Source of the DNA: Eledone cirrhosa
Taxonomy: Eukaryota
DNA: 64,000 nt
Reading direction: 5' to 3'
Assembly (NCBI GenBank): GCA_964016885.1
Contig: OZ024742.1
Span: forward strand, 180,358,001 to 180,422,000
This document shows positions 14,254-29,920 of this stretch, in pieces. The number at the start of each line of letters is the position of its first letter. Position 1 is the first letter of the stretch. Position numbers and translations under genes: made by a program. Below the pieces are notes generated by a model. That model worked only from the letters and a program-made list of their open reading frames with translations. It was not told the origin of the DNA and did not search any database.

Positions 14254-15181
14254 CGTTTAATGTCCATCTTCCACGCTTGCATGGGTTTGGACGGGAGTTT
14301 TCCCACTTGAAGCAAGATTGGTTGTCTTGCTCGTATAGGACAGTCTGGCGGGTTTGTCTACGGTTGGATGCCCTTCCTAACACCAACCACGTTTACAGTG
14401 TCGACTGGGAGGTTTTTACAGTGTTACCTACACGGCCACATTACAGCGTGGACTGTGTGTTTTTTTTGTCGTGACACCTACACGACCTCATTTGTTTCGG
14501 ACTGGATGTTGTGGTACCAACATAACTTTACATTGAAAGGGGTGGTGTGGATGGGGTGGGTGTATTGGGATGGGGTGTATTTTGTTAGAGGTGCCTACTG
14601 ACTGTAGTATGTTTTACTTTGTACTTAGGTAAGGCGGGTCTTCTGTATTATTGTGTAGTGCCAAAGATCTCGGTCCAGTGACATTGTCTTGGAGAGGTGT
14701 GAGTGTGTGAGGTCAGATTTTATCAAGTCGTCCCAAGTTTTTCTGGGTCTGCCTACTCCGTGGCTACAGTCTATTTTTATTGCCCTGCACTTTTTTATAC
14801 AGCTGTCGTCTTTCATGCGCATCATGTGACCATACCAACGTAGTCTTCTCTCAAGTATACAACATCCTATCCTTCTTATTTCTAATTTTTCCCTTAGTTC
14901 GTTTATGCTTTGCCGTTCACGTATATTACTATTACCCATCCAGCGGAGCATGCAAGCTTCATTCCTCTCCAGTCTGCGTAAATCCTCTGCACACAATGCC
15001 CAGCCAGCTCTCACTGCCATGTAACATTGCTGTTCGTATGCAGACATCATACAGCCTGCCTTTCATTTTTAGAGAGAACCCTTTAGCGGCTAATAGTGGT
15101 ATAAGCTATCTAAACTTTTTCCATCCAGTTCTGACTCTAGCTACTGTACTTTCAGAGCACCCTCCACCACTGTTGATTTTG
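14253..15181 (-). mobile_element. RTE-clade LINE 3' part
   Basis: Same family as 8300-9936, opposite strand. Confidence 0.92.
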
Positions 15182-15213
15182 TATATTTATATATATATAT
15201 ATATATATACACA

Positions 15214-18192
15214 TACTCTTTTACTCATTTACCTGTTTCAGCCATCCGGCTGAGGCCATGCTGGGGCACCGCCCTTGTTGCTACACATTTTATCTCCAAC
15301 CTGTATAGGTTGGCCACTGGTGTAAGAGGGAGTTTATTGCTGCTGCCCTTAGGTTTCCCTCATGCCTTGCTGTAGGCTCATCCGGGATCCTGGATAGCAA
15401 AGTGTCGAGATGTTTCTTGAAGACATCCACCTCCACATCATGCAAATCTCTCAGATCCCTCGGCAGCTTGTTGAATAGTTGAGGGCCCTTGAATCCCAGA
15501 CTATTGCAATACCTGCTCCATATTCTAGATGTGGAAGACGGGACCTTTGGCACCACACAGTGACGTCCTGTTCGATGGTTGGTCCAGCTCCCAATGCCAA
15601 AGTTTGGTGCTAGTCCCTCCAGGATTTTCCACATGTAGATCACTACATATCTCTCCCGTCTTCATTCCAAGGAGTAGAGGTTCAGTTCCTTCAGCCTCAT
15701 CCAGCAGCTTGTCTCCTTCATCGTGGCAATCCTCTTGGTGTAGCTTCGCCGGATTGCCTCAAGCTCTGTGGTTAGTTTGACACTATGGAGTGACCACAAC
15801 TGGGAGCAGTAGTCCAGGCGGCCTAGGACAATTGTCCTCCATAGACTCAACATGGTGTCTCGGTCTCTTGTCTGGAAAGTCCTCAAGATCCAGCCAGCGA
15901 GTCATCTGCACATTGTCGCCACTTTCATGATGTGTGAGGAAAAAGATGCATCATCACTCATGTCTATGCCCAGGTCTCGTATCGATTTTGACAAGGGGAT
16001 ATCGGTCCCTCCTGGTCCTGTGTAGTTGTGTTGTACTATATTTGTGTTTGCAGGTTTGTTTGGAGGTTTGTATTGTAGGGCTTGGAATTTGCCAGCATTA
16101 AACTGCATGTTGTTTTCTTCCGCCCATTTGTATATGGCATCCAGATCTTGTTGTAAAAGGGCAGCGTCAGCCGGGTTTTTGATTGACTGAGCTACCTTAG
16201 TGTCATCGGCATAGCTAGTGAGGGATGTTGTTGTATGTACTACAGAGTGCATGTCTGAGAGAGCCAACAAAAACAGTAGTGGTCCCAGGAGTGTCCCCTG
16301 GTGCACCCCACTTGTTATAGGTGTTTCCTTTGAGAGGGCCCCATTTGCTGCAACTGTCTGGCTTCTGTCCTTTAGGAAGTCATGCAGCAACTCACCTACT
16401 TTTCCAGTTATGCCGAGTCCGTGTAGTTTGTGATATATCATTCCGTGGTCGACGTTCTCAAAGGCCTTCGCAAAGTCAAGATATTTCACATCCACATGTG
16501 AGCTGTCTAGTAGTTGTTTCAGTACCCAGTCATAGTGATGAGCAGCTGTGTAAGGCAGCTTCTTCTTGGGCAGAAGCCATGTTGCGTGCTAGTCAGGCGG
16601 TCATTTTCCTCGAGGAAAGTGATCAGTTTCTTTCTGACGACTCGCTCCATGACCTTACTGGTATGCGACGTCAAGGAGATTGGCCTATAGTTTATGGCCT
16701 CCACTCTGCTACCTCCTTTATGGATAGGGCATATTGTGCCTTCTTTCAGCTCCCTGGGTAGTACACCGCCAGCTAAGGAGCTTCTGAAGAGCATCTTCAA
16801 TGGACTTGCTAAGGCCCGCTTACATGTTTTTAAGAGAACTGCTGCGAAGCCAACATCTCCAGCAGCTGAGTCTGTTCTAATTTCATCAATGGCGTACACC
16901 ACATCCTCCTCCATTATGTCTATGTGGTTGCTGGTCGCCATTTCTTCATGTAGTGTTGTGGCATCAAAGAACTCCTCTGGCTTCGTTATTTGCATGTGCC
17001 TCAGTGGACATGTGAACACACTTTTGTACTGTTCGTTCAGTATTTCACATATCTCTTGGGGGTTTGCGGTTAATGAACCATACGTATGGAAGAGTGGCCC
17101 AATCTTGCAGTGTACCGAGGCAGTTTCTTTTGCAAATTTAAAGAAGGCCTTAGGATTTGTTTTAATGTTTTCTATGGCCCTGTTCTCTTTCTTTGCCCTC
17201 TCATTTTCAAGTTTGAGTGCAATCTCCGTGCCAAGTAGTGCACATTTCAAATAGGATTCCTTCTTGTTTTTGTTTTCTTGTTGACTATTCAACTGGTTTG
17301 AGAGCTTGGTTCTACGTGTCATTAGGATTTTCCTATCTCTGGGAATAAGATTTTTGTGTCTGTTTGCCTTTTTCTCCGGGACAAACTTTTTGCATATAGT
17401 GTGTATCGTTGTCATGAAGTGTTGAAATTGTGTGTTAGTGTCTTGTATGGTGGTGTTTTCACTCCATGTTTGCTTCCGGATTTCTCTCTTGATCTTTTTC
17501 CATTAGCCTTGTAGAAGTTAAGGCTGGATAACGTCCCGGAGCTTCATGGTGGTTTTGTCTCTGTTGGTTCTCTCGGACCACATATCATTAGCTCTACTAA
17601 GTTATGATCCGAGAGAATTGTTGGTGTCACCTTTACATTGTGGACGGGCACTTCATTGTTTGTAAAACAGAGGTCCAGGACATTTTCGCCTCTTGTTGGG
17701 AGGAGTATTGCTTGCTCCATGAACAACCTGTGTATGAGGGCCAGCAGGGATTCCGTCTTTCTCAGTTCTATTGACGTCATTCCAGTGAGGGGGTTGCCCT
17801 CAGGCCATTTGACCTTTGGTAGGTTGAAGTCTCCCAGCAGTAGAATGTTGAGACCCTGGTCCAGTTTGTCAAGGACCTCCTCTATCCTACTTAAACTATC
17901 CTCAAATTTACCCTCATGACTGGGGGCATTAGGCGGCCGATATGTGACACATATTACTGTAGTTGCTTCATATGTACTATCAGTGTGTCACAGACTGAGT
18001 TTCAATATGTCAACAGTACAATTGGTGTGACATCTTCACGGATATACAGAGCAACCCCACCATGAGTTCTCTCCTTCCTGTCCGAACGAAATACAGTATA
18101 TTTCGGTATATGATATGTATTTCTGCATCTGCTATACTGCTTGTCAGGTGCGTTTCGGTTAGTGCCATGCATAATGCTTGATTGCTTATGGC
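15214..18192 (-). mobile_element. CR1-like LINE (APE + RT), frameshifted
   Basis: LTETHL, LDLCFTN, SDHNLV (APE); NYRPISLTS, YLDFAKAF, QGTLLGP, YADDTK (RT); 3' stem-loop and short repeated tail. Confidence 0.92.
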
Positions 18193-18228
<36 letters not shown>

Positions 18229-18237
18229 CACACACAC

Positions 18238-18306
<69 letters not shown>

Positions 18307-18310
18307 TATA

Positions 18311-19550
18311 TTCAGGGCTCTGTTCTTAGCCCCCTACTATTTATTATTGCCCTTCAGTCTATAACAGAGGAGTTCAAGACCGGCTGCCCATGGGACTCCT
18401 ATACGCAGATGATCTAACGCTCATAGCTGAATCAATGGCCGAACTAGAGAAGAAATTCCAAACATGGAAGCACGGCCTAGAATCAAAAGGCCTTAAAATT
18501 AACCTGGCTAGGACTAAAGTTCTAGTTTGTAGGAAAGAAAATAAGGCGCCGGTCCCTTCCGGGAAATGGCCATGCTCAGTGTGTAGGAAAGGCGTAGGTA
18601 GAAACTCCATTTTATGTCCCAAATGCAAAGTATGGGTGCATAAAAGATGTAGTGGCATCACAGGTAAGCTAACTAAGAACATATATTTTACATGTGGCCG
18701 GTGCTCTGGTGCAGTAAGTAGCAGCAAGTGCTTACAAAATACTAACTCATTCCATTGCACAGATGGTTCTATAGAAATAGTGGACAGCTTCTGTTACCTG
18801 GGTGACAAAATCAGCAGTGGGGGGAGGGTGCTCTGAAAGTACAGTAGCTAGAGTCAGAACTGGATAGAAAAAGTTCAGAGAGCTTATACCACTATTAGAA
18901 ATAAGAGGAATCAGATGTTGTTTACTAGAGAGAAGGCTACGTTGGTATGGTCACGTGATGCGCATGAAAGACGACAGCTGTATAAATAAGTGCAGGCCAA
19001 TAAAGATAGACGGTAGCCACGGAGTAGGCAGACCCAGAAAAGCCTGGGACGACCTGATAAATTCCGACCTCACACACTTACACCTCTCCAAGACAATGTC
19101 ACTGGACCGAGATCTTTGGCGGTACTCAGTAATAGAGAAGACCCGCCTTACCTGAATACAAAGTAAAACCTACTACAGTCAGTAGGCATCTCTAACAAAA
19201 TACACCCCCGTCCTACCACCCCCACCCCATCCACACCGCCCTTTCAATGTAAAGTTATGTTGGTGCCCCAACATCCAGGCCGAAACAAATGAGATCGTGT
19301 AGGTGTCACGACAAAAAAACACAGTCCACGCTGTAATGTGGCCATGTAGGCAACACGGTAAAAACCTCCCAGTCCCACACTGCAAATGTGGTTGGTGTTA
19401 GGAAGGGCATCCAGCTGTAGAAAACCCGCCAGACAGTCCTATGCGAGCAAGACAACCACTCTTGCCTTAAGTGGGAAAACTCCCGTCCAAACCCATGCAA
19501 GCGTGGAACATGGACGTTAAATGATAATGATGATGATGATGATGATGATG

Positions 19551-19551
<1 letters not shown>
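18311..19551 (+). mobile_element. RTE-clade LINE, 5'-truncated, internal deletion near 18897
   Basis: QGSVLSP, YADDL, shared 3' UTR and (TGA)n tail. Confidence 0.92.
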
Positions 19552-20150
<599 letters not shown>

Positions 20151-20889
20151 TACACACAATATAGAAATATCCATTTTTTAATACTTGTATTTATGTATTT
20201 ACAGATATATATATTTATTTTGCCGGTGTGATTCCATTTTTTTAATAGAGATATTTTCAAAGTCAAAATTATTAAGAAATGAAGGCCATAAATATTTCAC
20301 ATTAATAATATATATATATATCATCCCCATCATCATCAGTATTATCATCATTTAACATCTGCTTTCCCTGCTAGCAAGAGTTGGACAGATCATCAAAAAC
20401 CATGTCAGAACTTAATAAGAATTAGTGACCTCTCACGTGGAGAGACGGGACTAGATCTGACTAACACCTGATTCCACATTCAATAAAATGTACTGGAGGT
20501 ATTTTGTTATGGCACCAGCACTCGTGAGTCTCTCATGTCCTTAGCACATATGATGAATCCATTTTACCCTTCGTTTGGTAATTTCCTATTACCAAGCACT
20601 TTACAGAGTGTGCTGGATGTGTTTTATCGCAACACCAAATAAAAATGATGATATGTTTGTATCTATGTATGCCTATCACGTGTCATAATGTTTCCACATA
20701 ATTTGATCTCTATCATTTGAATATCTCTACTCAAGTCTTCTTTTCATCATTTTATTTTTCCAATGAGGAACTTAAGCACAAAATATCGAAAAACTTTCTA
20801 TTTTATTTCCAGATCATCAATCTAATACTTACACTGATTTACTTTGTCTTTCCTATTCTGATTTCCTTGTAATGAATGTTGCCCCTTGA

Positions 20890-22172
20890 TGTATACACAT
20901 ACATACATATACACACAACTACAGGCATACATACATAAAACATGTATACATGCATACATACACATACATACAGGCATACATACATAAAACATTCATACAT
21001 GTATACATACACATACACATACATACAGGCATATATACATAAAACATGCATACATGTATACATGCATACACATACACATACATACAGGCATACATACATA
21101 AAATATGCATACATGTATACATGCATACATACACATACACATACACATACACATACATACAGGCATACATACATAAAACATGCATACATGTATACATGCA
21201 TACATACACATACACATACATACAGGCATACATACATAAAACATGCATACATACATAAAACATGCATACATACACATACACATACATACAGGCATACATA
21301 CATAAAACATGCATACATGTATACATGCATACATACACATACACATACATACAGGTATACATACATAAAACATGCATACATGTATACATGCATACATACA
21401 CATACACATACACATACACATACATACAGGCATACATACATAAAACATGCATACATGTATACATGCATACATACGCATACATACAGGCATACATACATAA
21501 AACATGCATACATGTATACATGCATACATACACATACACATACATACAGGCATACATACATAAAACATGCATACATGTATACATGCATACATACACATAC
21601 ACATACATACAGGCATACATACATAAAACATGCATACATACACATACACATACATACAGGCATACATACATAAAACATGCATACATGTATACATGCATAC
21701 ATACACATACGCACACACATACATACAGGCATACATACATAAAACATGCATACATGTATACATGCATACATACACATACACATACACATACATACAGGCA
21801 TACATACATAAAACATGCATACATGTATACATGCATACATACACATACACATACATACAGGCATACATACATAAAACATGCATACATGTATACATGCATA
21901 CATACACATACACATACATACAGGCATACATACATAAAACATGCATACATGCATACATACACATACATACAGGCATACATACATAAAACATGCATACATG
22001 TATACATGCATACATACACATACACATACATACAGGCATACATACATAAAACATGCATACATGTATACATGCATACATACACATACACATACATACAGGC
22101 ATACATACATAAAACATGCATACATGCATACATACACATACGCACACACATACATACAGGCATACATACATA
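20890..22172. repeat. Minisatellite, about 20 units, modal length 63 bp
   Basis: CAGGCATACATACATAAAACATGCATACATGTATACATGCAT... recurs (CAGG at 21484, 21547, 21610); length variants arise from (ACACAT)n slippage. Confidence 0.95.
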
Positions 22173-22719
22173 TCACCATCATCAGCATTGTTATCATTTA
22201 ATGTCTGTTTTTCAAGCTAGCATTAGACAGGTCATTACTGACCAAATCACTACTCAGTGCACTTTATCATAACAATAGCACCAGAGACATTGTTGTGCCT
22301 AGGATAATACTGAAAAGTTCTCTCAAAGCTATGTTTCTCAGGTTTTCTATGACTTGATGCCATCCCCCACCATAGATAAAGAGCATTAAGAGAAGAATCA
22401 GGCTGAGTGACTGAAGGGATTGAGAGTATGATGGCAGAGACATAGGTATTCATGTGAGAGTGAAGTAGAGAGTGGAGCAATATGTGTTAGCTGGAATAAT
22501 GGAAGATAAGTAATAAGGGCTGGGAGTAATTGAAGAGAAGTTTAATGGGGGAAACAGAATGTGAACGAGGAGAAATGGAAGAGATAGTAATAAGTGTTAC
22601 ATGCTTGCTAGTGAGAGAGTACAATAGATGTCAATAAAGAAATAGGAATAGGGAGAAAGTGTGATGATCAGAGAGTCAAGTGAAGTGATAAGGGTAGAAG
22701 TGGAAAGATAATGTACATA

Positions 22720-23150
22720 TTAGGAAAATGTCAATATTCATAGCAAAATTTGAAATTTTGTTTTATTCCTTCTGTCACTAATGAGACAATCCGAAAGTAT
22801 TTGTTATATGCAGAGACATTCGGAAATGATGTAATGAAGGCTTTTCAGATGAAAAACCACCTTGAGATGATACATTCAAATAAGTATAGCACATATTTTC
22901 ATATTAAATGGAGGATTTGGAAAATGTTCAGCCTTAATGTGCTTTCTCATCTTCTCATATCTAAAAAGGACATGAATATATTTTTCGACACACAAAAGAA
23001 GAAAAGAATGTCACATACAATTGTAAAATAAGTCAAAGACAATTTGTTGAAGAAAGTCTCAGAGCTTGTTCTTAAGTGCATTCCTTTGAGTGACAATACA
23101 GTAAAATATAATTCATGTATATGCAGAAGATGTTGAAAAGATGAGGCCAA
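22720..23150 (+). pseudogene. hAT (Charlie/Buster-like) transposase remnant
   Basis: KFCFIPS...TFGNDVMKAFQMKNHLEMIH (decayed BED finger), SHTIVK, IPLSDNTV. Confidence 0.65.
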
Positions 23151-23916
23151 CCTTAAGAAGGTTTACTATTCACATGCCCTATTTAAATTATTGTATTCTT
23201 AGTAAAAAAAATACATTGTTGTTGAATTCCTCTTTGGAAAATCCCCTAAATTCAAACTGAGAAAAAAATACCATTCTTCATAATAAGTTAAGATAGTCAC
23301 TTCTATTCCATCTGAGGATCAGTTGGTGGTTTTAAGCTGTGTGACAAATAGTCTACCAGCCATAGCAGGATTTGAACTCAGATTGCAGAGGGCAGAAATT
23401 CTTCAATAAGAAATAATGATTTCTTCAATTTAAAAATATTAAAAACACACTTTTAAGTGAAAAAGAAATGAAAGAAAGAAATGGCAGGTGAGTGAATGAA
23501 AGAGGTGGTAATAGTATAAGAGAAAGTTACAGTAAAAAGGTGAGAAGTGATATGTATTTGTTTAGCAAATTGGCGGCAGCAGAGAGCAGGTGATAGCAAA
23601 ATAGAAAGGAGGGAGGGATGGGGGAGTGGAGACACACAGAATAAAACATTTTGAAACATATACTATAAAATAGGTATATCACCATCATCTTTTTACATCC
23701 ATTTTTCCATGCTTGTATGGGGTAGATGGAATTTTTTTCCAGCTCAACCTTCTTCCACTTCAATATAATTGGAAATGTTACTGATTATTAAGGGTAACTA
23801 CTAGCACAAGCCTTAGCATTCCTAAACATGCTTATTAACACACACACACACACATATATCTATATTTATATACACACATACACACATATGTATATATATA
23901 TAGATAGATCAAAATA

Positions 23917-25860
23917 TTGTCATTTTGACAGCAAATTCAAGACTGGAGATAAAACTACCTGCTGTGAAAAAGTCATCTCGTCAGGGGTCTGGCCTAAGGT
24001 GATTGATGTGTCGGTAAGTGGATAAACAGTCAGGAAAAGGATATTGGCTCTTTAAAGGTCATTAATGAAAGATCTAGAATCATTTGTTTATGTTTTTTTA
24101 TATTGTCAGGTAGTGGTTGTGTGTGTGAGTGTGTGCCTGCCCATGTGCCTGTGCATATGTGTTTGTGTGTGTGTGTGAATTTGTATGTTTCATTATCTAA
24201 GTAGATATGGAGGCACATGGCTTAGTGGTTAGAGCATCGGGCTTGAAATTCAAATGTTGTGAGTTCAATTCTCAGACTGGGTGATGTGTTGTTTCCTTGA
24301 GCAAGACACTTTATTTCACATTGCTCCAGTTTACTCAGCTGTAGAATGAGATGATAGGACTGGGGTCCCTATCATTCCACTGTAAAGTGGATGCGTAGGT
24401 GCCACGGAAAAAAAGCACCCAGCACTCACTGTAAATGAGGTTGGTGTTAGGAAGGGCATCCAGCTATAGAAATCAAGCCAGAATCAGTTCCCGTCCCACC
24501 CTTGCAAGCAGGAAAAAGGGAATATAAAATTATGATGATGATGATATGCATTTAAAAAACTGTACTATTGTAGAGGTGAGGAAAAAGTTTGGCTGAGTTG
24601 AAGAATTGTCATATAAAGTGCACATGAACATCACTGCAATCCTTACCAAACTAACATCACTCACCCATACACTTGCATAAATAGGTACACACTTAATTTT
24701 ATACATAAATTTGCTTAAAATTTAGAATAATTTACACATAAGCTACACCACAAAGCATACCAATAAGACCCATTTACTCGCATCCTAACACACACAACAC
24801 TACCTCATATACAAAAATACCCGAGCAAGAGACTTTTTTGAAAAATATACATATACACCTATAAAACAATGCACAAATAAGTTTTAGCACAACAGCGTTC
24901 ACAACCACAACCCACAACAAATATAACAAACATAATAGTAACAAACATACACACTTAAAACAAAAACAACAGCAATCACAATACCAACAAGCCAGTCAGT
25001 GATCATTTAAGAAAACTATAAAATGGAATGGGTACTTCTGTCGACAGGCATACAAAAAAGTACTTGGATGACTGTGTAGGTGTGGGTTTCTTTGGTTGCA
25101 TCAGTGAGTTAACTTGCAAAATTTACTGACCGCTCCAAGTTCAATGATGGCGACCACCACAAATACACACAAACACCAATAAACCAATATGACTCAGCAA
25201 AAAACATACATTATATTTTCCTTTGATAATTCTTCAACTCATCCAAATTTTTCCTCGCCACTACAATACTAAAATATTTCAAACCCATATCTACATAGAT
25301 AATGAAACATACAAAGATACACACATACACACACACATATGCGCAGGCACAGGCATATGTACACACTCACACGTGTGTGCACACACTCGCGCACACACAA
25401 CCGTTTCCTGAAAATATAAAAAAACATGAATAATTGATTATAGATCTTTCATTAATGGTTTTTAAAGAGCCAATATCCTTTTTTTGACCACTTATCCACT
25501 TACCGACATGTCAATTCCCTTAGGCCAGAACCCTTATGAAATGGCTTTCCACAGCAGGTAGTTTAATCCCCAGTCTGGAATTAGTTGTCAAAATGGCAAG
25601 AGCTCAGCTGTAGGGCCCTGACTCTCTCTAATATATATATATATACAACTCTCTGCCTACATCAGACTTCTGTTTTTATTGTTCAAACACACATATATGT
25701 TAATGACTCTGTAACCCATATGGATTTTTTTCGAGGCTACCGTAGGTGGTGATCACCTACCACAAGAACTACTGGTCACACTTCTGATTCTCACTGCAAA
25801 CATCATTCCTAGGATACATTGAGTTCTAACAACGTTATCAGTCCCACCACAACAAGGTGT
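23917..25860 (+). mobile_element. Old Penelope-like element with inverted arms
   Basis: Left arm 23917-24210 plus 24545-24610 is the diverged reverse complement of 25223-25599; decayed HHR in the arms; (TA)n on both sides. Confidence 0.6.
24209..24545 (+). mobile_element. tRNA-derived SINE (family B) with RTE-like tail
   Basis: TGGCTTAGTGG A box, GTTCAATTC B box, core, ttaggaagggcatccagct tail, (TGA)n; ATATG on both sides; interrupts the inverted arm. Confidence 0.8.
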
Positions 25861-25882
25861 ACTCATATATATATATATATAT

Positions 25883-28078
25883 ATCATCAACATCATCATT
25901 TTACGTCCGCTTTTCACTGCATGCAATGGTGGGATGGCTCCTATTCAGCACAGCATCTCCCCACTTGTCACAGTCCTTTGTCATCTCCTCTATGAGCTTC
26001 AGCGATCTGAGGTCTGCTCTTACCACCTCTGCCCATCTTTTTCGTGGTCTTCCTTCTACTGGAATTTCTTGGCACTTCTTTACCCAGCGGTCATCCTCCA
26101 TGTGCATCACATGTCCATATCATCACAGTCTTCTCTTCCGCACACAACAACTTATCCCTCTTATACACAGTTTATCTCCCAACTCATCTATGCTTGGTTG
26201 TTCATGCACATTGACATTACACATCCAATAGAACATGCTTGCTTCATTTCTCTCCAGCCGTCGCATATCCTCTGCAGTGGCTGCCCATGTCTCACTACCA
26301 TGCAGCATTGTGCATCTCACACAGGCATCATATAACCGGCCTTTCATATGCAGGAAGAAACCCTTCTTTGTCAGCAGAGGAAGCAGCTCCCTAAACTTCT
26401 TCCAACCCGTCATTATTCTAGATACTATGGCCTCGGATTACCTCCCTCCCATGCTAATCTGATCACCTAGGTACCAGACGCTATCAACCACTTCTATAGA
26501 ACCTACCAGCTTTTGAAAAATGTGTTTATCACTGTGACTCCTACTGTCAAATTTCCCTGTACATCTACTGCATACGTAGTTTTCCCTACCTGTTAGTTTG
26601 CCTGCTATTCCACTACATCTCTTGTGTACCCAAGATCTGCATTGTGTGCATTTTATAGAGTTTATGCCAGCTCCTTTTCTACATATCAAACATGGCCATT
26701 TCCCTGAGGGAATCAGGGTTTTGTCCTCTTTTCTACTTATCAACATTTTTGTCTTAGCTAGGTTCACTCTCAGTCCTCTTGACTCCAACTGCTGTTTCCA
26801 TAGCCAGAATTTATTCTCTGGCTCCTCTACTGATTCTGCTATAAGTACCAGATCATCAGCATAGAGACGTTCCCATGGGCAGCCAGTCTTAAACTCCTCT
26901 GTTATTGCTTGGAGGACTATAATGAACAAGAACAGGCTGAGGACCGAACCCTGATGTACTCCTACTTGTATCTGGAATTCCTCACAAAACTCTATTCCTA
27001 CCCTCACTTTACTGACAGCATCTCTGTACATAGCTTGCACTGTCCTAACAAGCCATTCCTCTATACCTAGTTTCCTTAGGGATGACCAGATGACAGATCA
27101 GGGTCCCTATGAAAGGCCTTCTCTAGGTCAACAAAAGCTAAGTATAGTGGCTTATTCTTCTCTAAGAACCTTTCTTGTAGTTGTCTCACTAAGAAGAGGG
27201 CATCTGTTGTACTTTTCCCAGGCACAAAACCAAACTGCATCTCATCTAATTTGACACTTTCTCTAATTAGTTGCGCTAATATTCTTTCTGCCACTTTCAT
27301 AACCTGATCCATCAGTTTTATGCCTCTATAATTGCTCCTCTCCAGATCATCCCCTTTACCTTTGTAGCAATTTATGAGAATACTGATGCACCAGTCTTTG
27401 GGTATGACTCCGCCATATATAGCTTGACGATGCATGCAATCAGTTTAGCACCTACTTCTTCTGATGCCTTTAGCATCTCAGCAACTATTCCTGACTGTCC
27501 AGCAGCCTTACCATTTTTCATTTCATTAATTGCCTCTTGGAACCTATATTCGTCAATCACAATAGCTGGTCCCTCTGTTGGGTCTACTTGGGGTAGTTTC
27601 TCTCTCTCCCATTCGTGTTCTCTCATAATTACATTTCCAGTCCTTCTTTTTCTGATCAGCAGTGACACTAAGTACACCAGCATCTTTTCGGACACATTTT
27701 TCTCCAACAACATCCTGATTTACACTGACACACTGCCTTGCAATGTGGAACACTGCATGTCTCTGATCTTTCCATCACAGGACATTGGTAAACCTCCTAC
27801 CCTCAGCCTCCCTGCATGCTAAGTACACCTGACATTTAGCTTCTCTCTTAGCGGCTGTGTATCGGTCTCTACTCCCACCATTTTTCCAAGCGTTCCATGC
27901 CAGTCTTTTGTCTCTAATGGCTCTATCTACCGTCCCGTTCCACCACCAGGTCACTCTCTGTCTGGTTGGAGCTCTGCTCCAGCCAAACGTTTCTTCAGTA
28001 GCCTGCAGTAAGTTGTCATGTAAGATATTCCAGTTATCATCTATGACATACGATTCTAAATTGTCTTCTTTCTCATCA
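25883..28078 (-). mobile_element. RTE-clade LINE, second subfamily, decayed
   Basis: NYRGIKL, FVDLEKAF, GVHQGSVLS, YADDL, GRPRKRW; different short 3' UTR. Confidence 0.9.
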
Positions 28079-28197
28079 TATATATATATATACACAGATA
28101 CATATTTATACATATATATATACTTATACATACCTATATATTTAAAACTGTGAGCGGCCAAACACGAAAATAACTGTAATAACACATGGTCGCTATA

Positions 28198-28512
28198 GAT
28201 AATAATTGTTTCTACTTTTTGGCACAAGGCCAGCAATTACCCAGTACTTTACTGGTACTTTATTTTATCCTCGGCAGCATTTGAACTCAGAATGCAAAGG
28301 GCCATAACTCTACGATGCAAAGCATGGTGTCTGATGCTCTACTGATACTGCCAATCCACCGTTTCTATAGATAATAATTGTTTCTACTTTTGGCACAAGG
28401 CCAGCAATTACCCAGTGCATTACTGGTACTTTATTTTCATAAGGATGAAAGGCAAAGCTAACCTCAGCTAGATTTGAACCCAGACCGTAAAGGGACGCAA
28501 CTAGGCTGGAAA
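28198..28512 (-). mobile_element. Two tandem SINE family A copies
   Basis: Similarity to 312-500. Confidence 0.8.
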
Positions 28513-29469
28513 GTGTGTCAGACAGTTGTTACAGTTTTTTCTGCATTTGGTATTCACACATTTTCAAATTTCAAACACTCTGAATACCTTGATAATCCAT
28601 AAGGTTTATATAGATATATACATATATTTGTGAGTGTGCACATGTGTATATGTATGTGCGTGTGTGTATATATATACATATATATATTTTTATAGATAAA
28701 TATATTATGTAGTACATATTTTGAATTCCATTAAATAAAGGATGCTGACTTCCTTCCGGATTTCGATATTGTTGAACAAATATGTCTGTTTGTCGACATA
28801 ACTTTTCAGCTTCTCTGTGGCATGTGATTTGTAAAGAAATAAAGTAGAGTTTAGATTTATTAGGCAGGTAGGTTTTTGCATCTTATTGTCACCATTATGT
28901 TTTGGTTATGTGCGATACAACTAAATTAGAATGGAACTTAAAAAAATGTAAATATTGTCACATCCTGTAGTCTGCTGCATACATTGAAATTCAGTTTGAT
29001 AGAATATAATAGTTAAATACAGAAGATAACTTATATAACAATGGGTAGAGGGTTAATAAAAATAATTGACAGAATCTATAGGGACCCACATTATTATTTA
29101 TTTCACTTTGAATGTCTACATATCTTAACTAACAATTTTGATACAAACACACCTAAAACATTTCTTCCTTCTATGATACAATACTGTTAGTTTTAAAGTA
29201 TATCTAATTCAATCTAATTCAGGACGTTCTCACTCCAGCTGGAGGAACCTCTCCCTGCTTGACCAATTGTAGGTTGGTGTTGATATTTAACCCATAGTTG
29301 AGTTAAAGTATATATATCTAACTAGAACCTTCTATCATTAATTTTATATAGAATATTTTTCTTAAGTTATATTCCAAACACCATCTTAATAAAAAAGGAA
29401 TTTTTTTTTTAATGGGCATTTGCTGCTTACTGTTAATTCTATCCTGAGTTAGTTTTGCAATAATTCAGT

Positions 29470-29920
29470 AACATTCAACTTGATGCCTCTAGTTTCTTCT
29501 GTCCAGTATGTCCCCTTTGCCCTTGTAGAAGTTAACAATGTTGTTGTTCCACCAGTCATTAAGTATGATGGTGTCTTGTATTACTTGATATATTTTGCAC
29601 AGTTAGAGAGAGCCCTACCCAACCAGAGCTTTCAGCATCTCAGCTATTATCCCCGATGGACTTGCTGTTTTGCCAATATTCACATCATTAATTCTCTTTC
29701 TTACTGTACTGCTGCTAATTTAGATAGCTCGTCCCTCTCTTGGGTCTGCTTGAGACAAACTGTTTTCCTCCTATGCATTCTCCTCATTAAATAGTCCCCC
29801 ATAATGACACTTCCATGCTTCTTTCTTCTCAGCATCAGTGGGGGCAAGTTTACCACTGTCAGTTCAGATACATTTCTCCCCAACAGCATCTTGATTTTCC
29901 TTCATAAACTGCCTTACAAA
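29470..29920 (-). pseudogene. Decayed RTE fragment
   Basis: Similar to 27300-27750 and 51650-52080. Confidence 0.7.
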
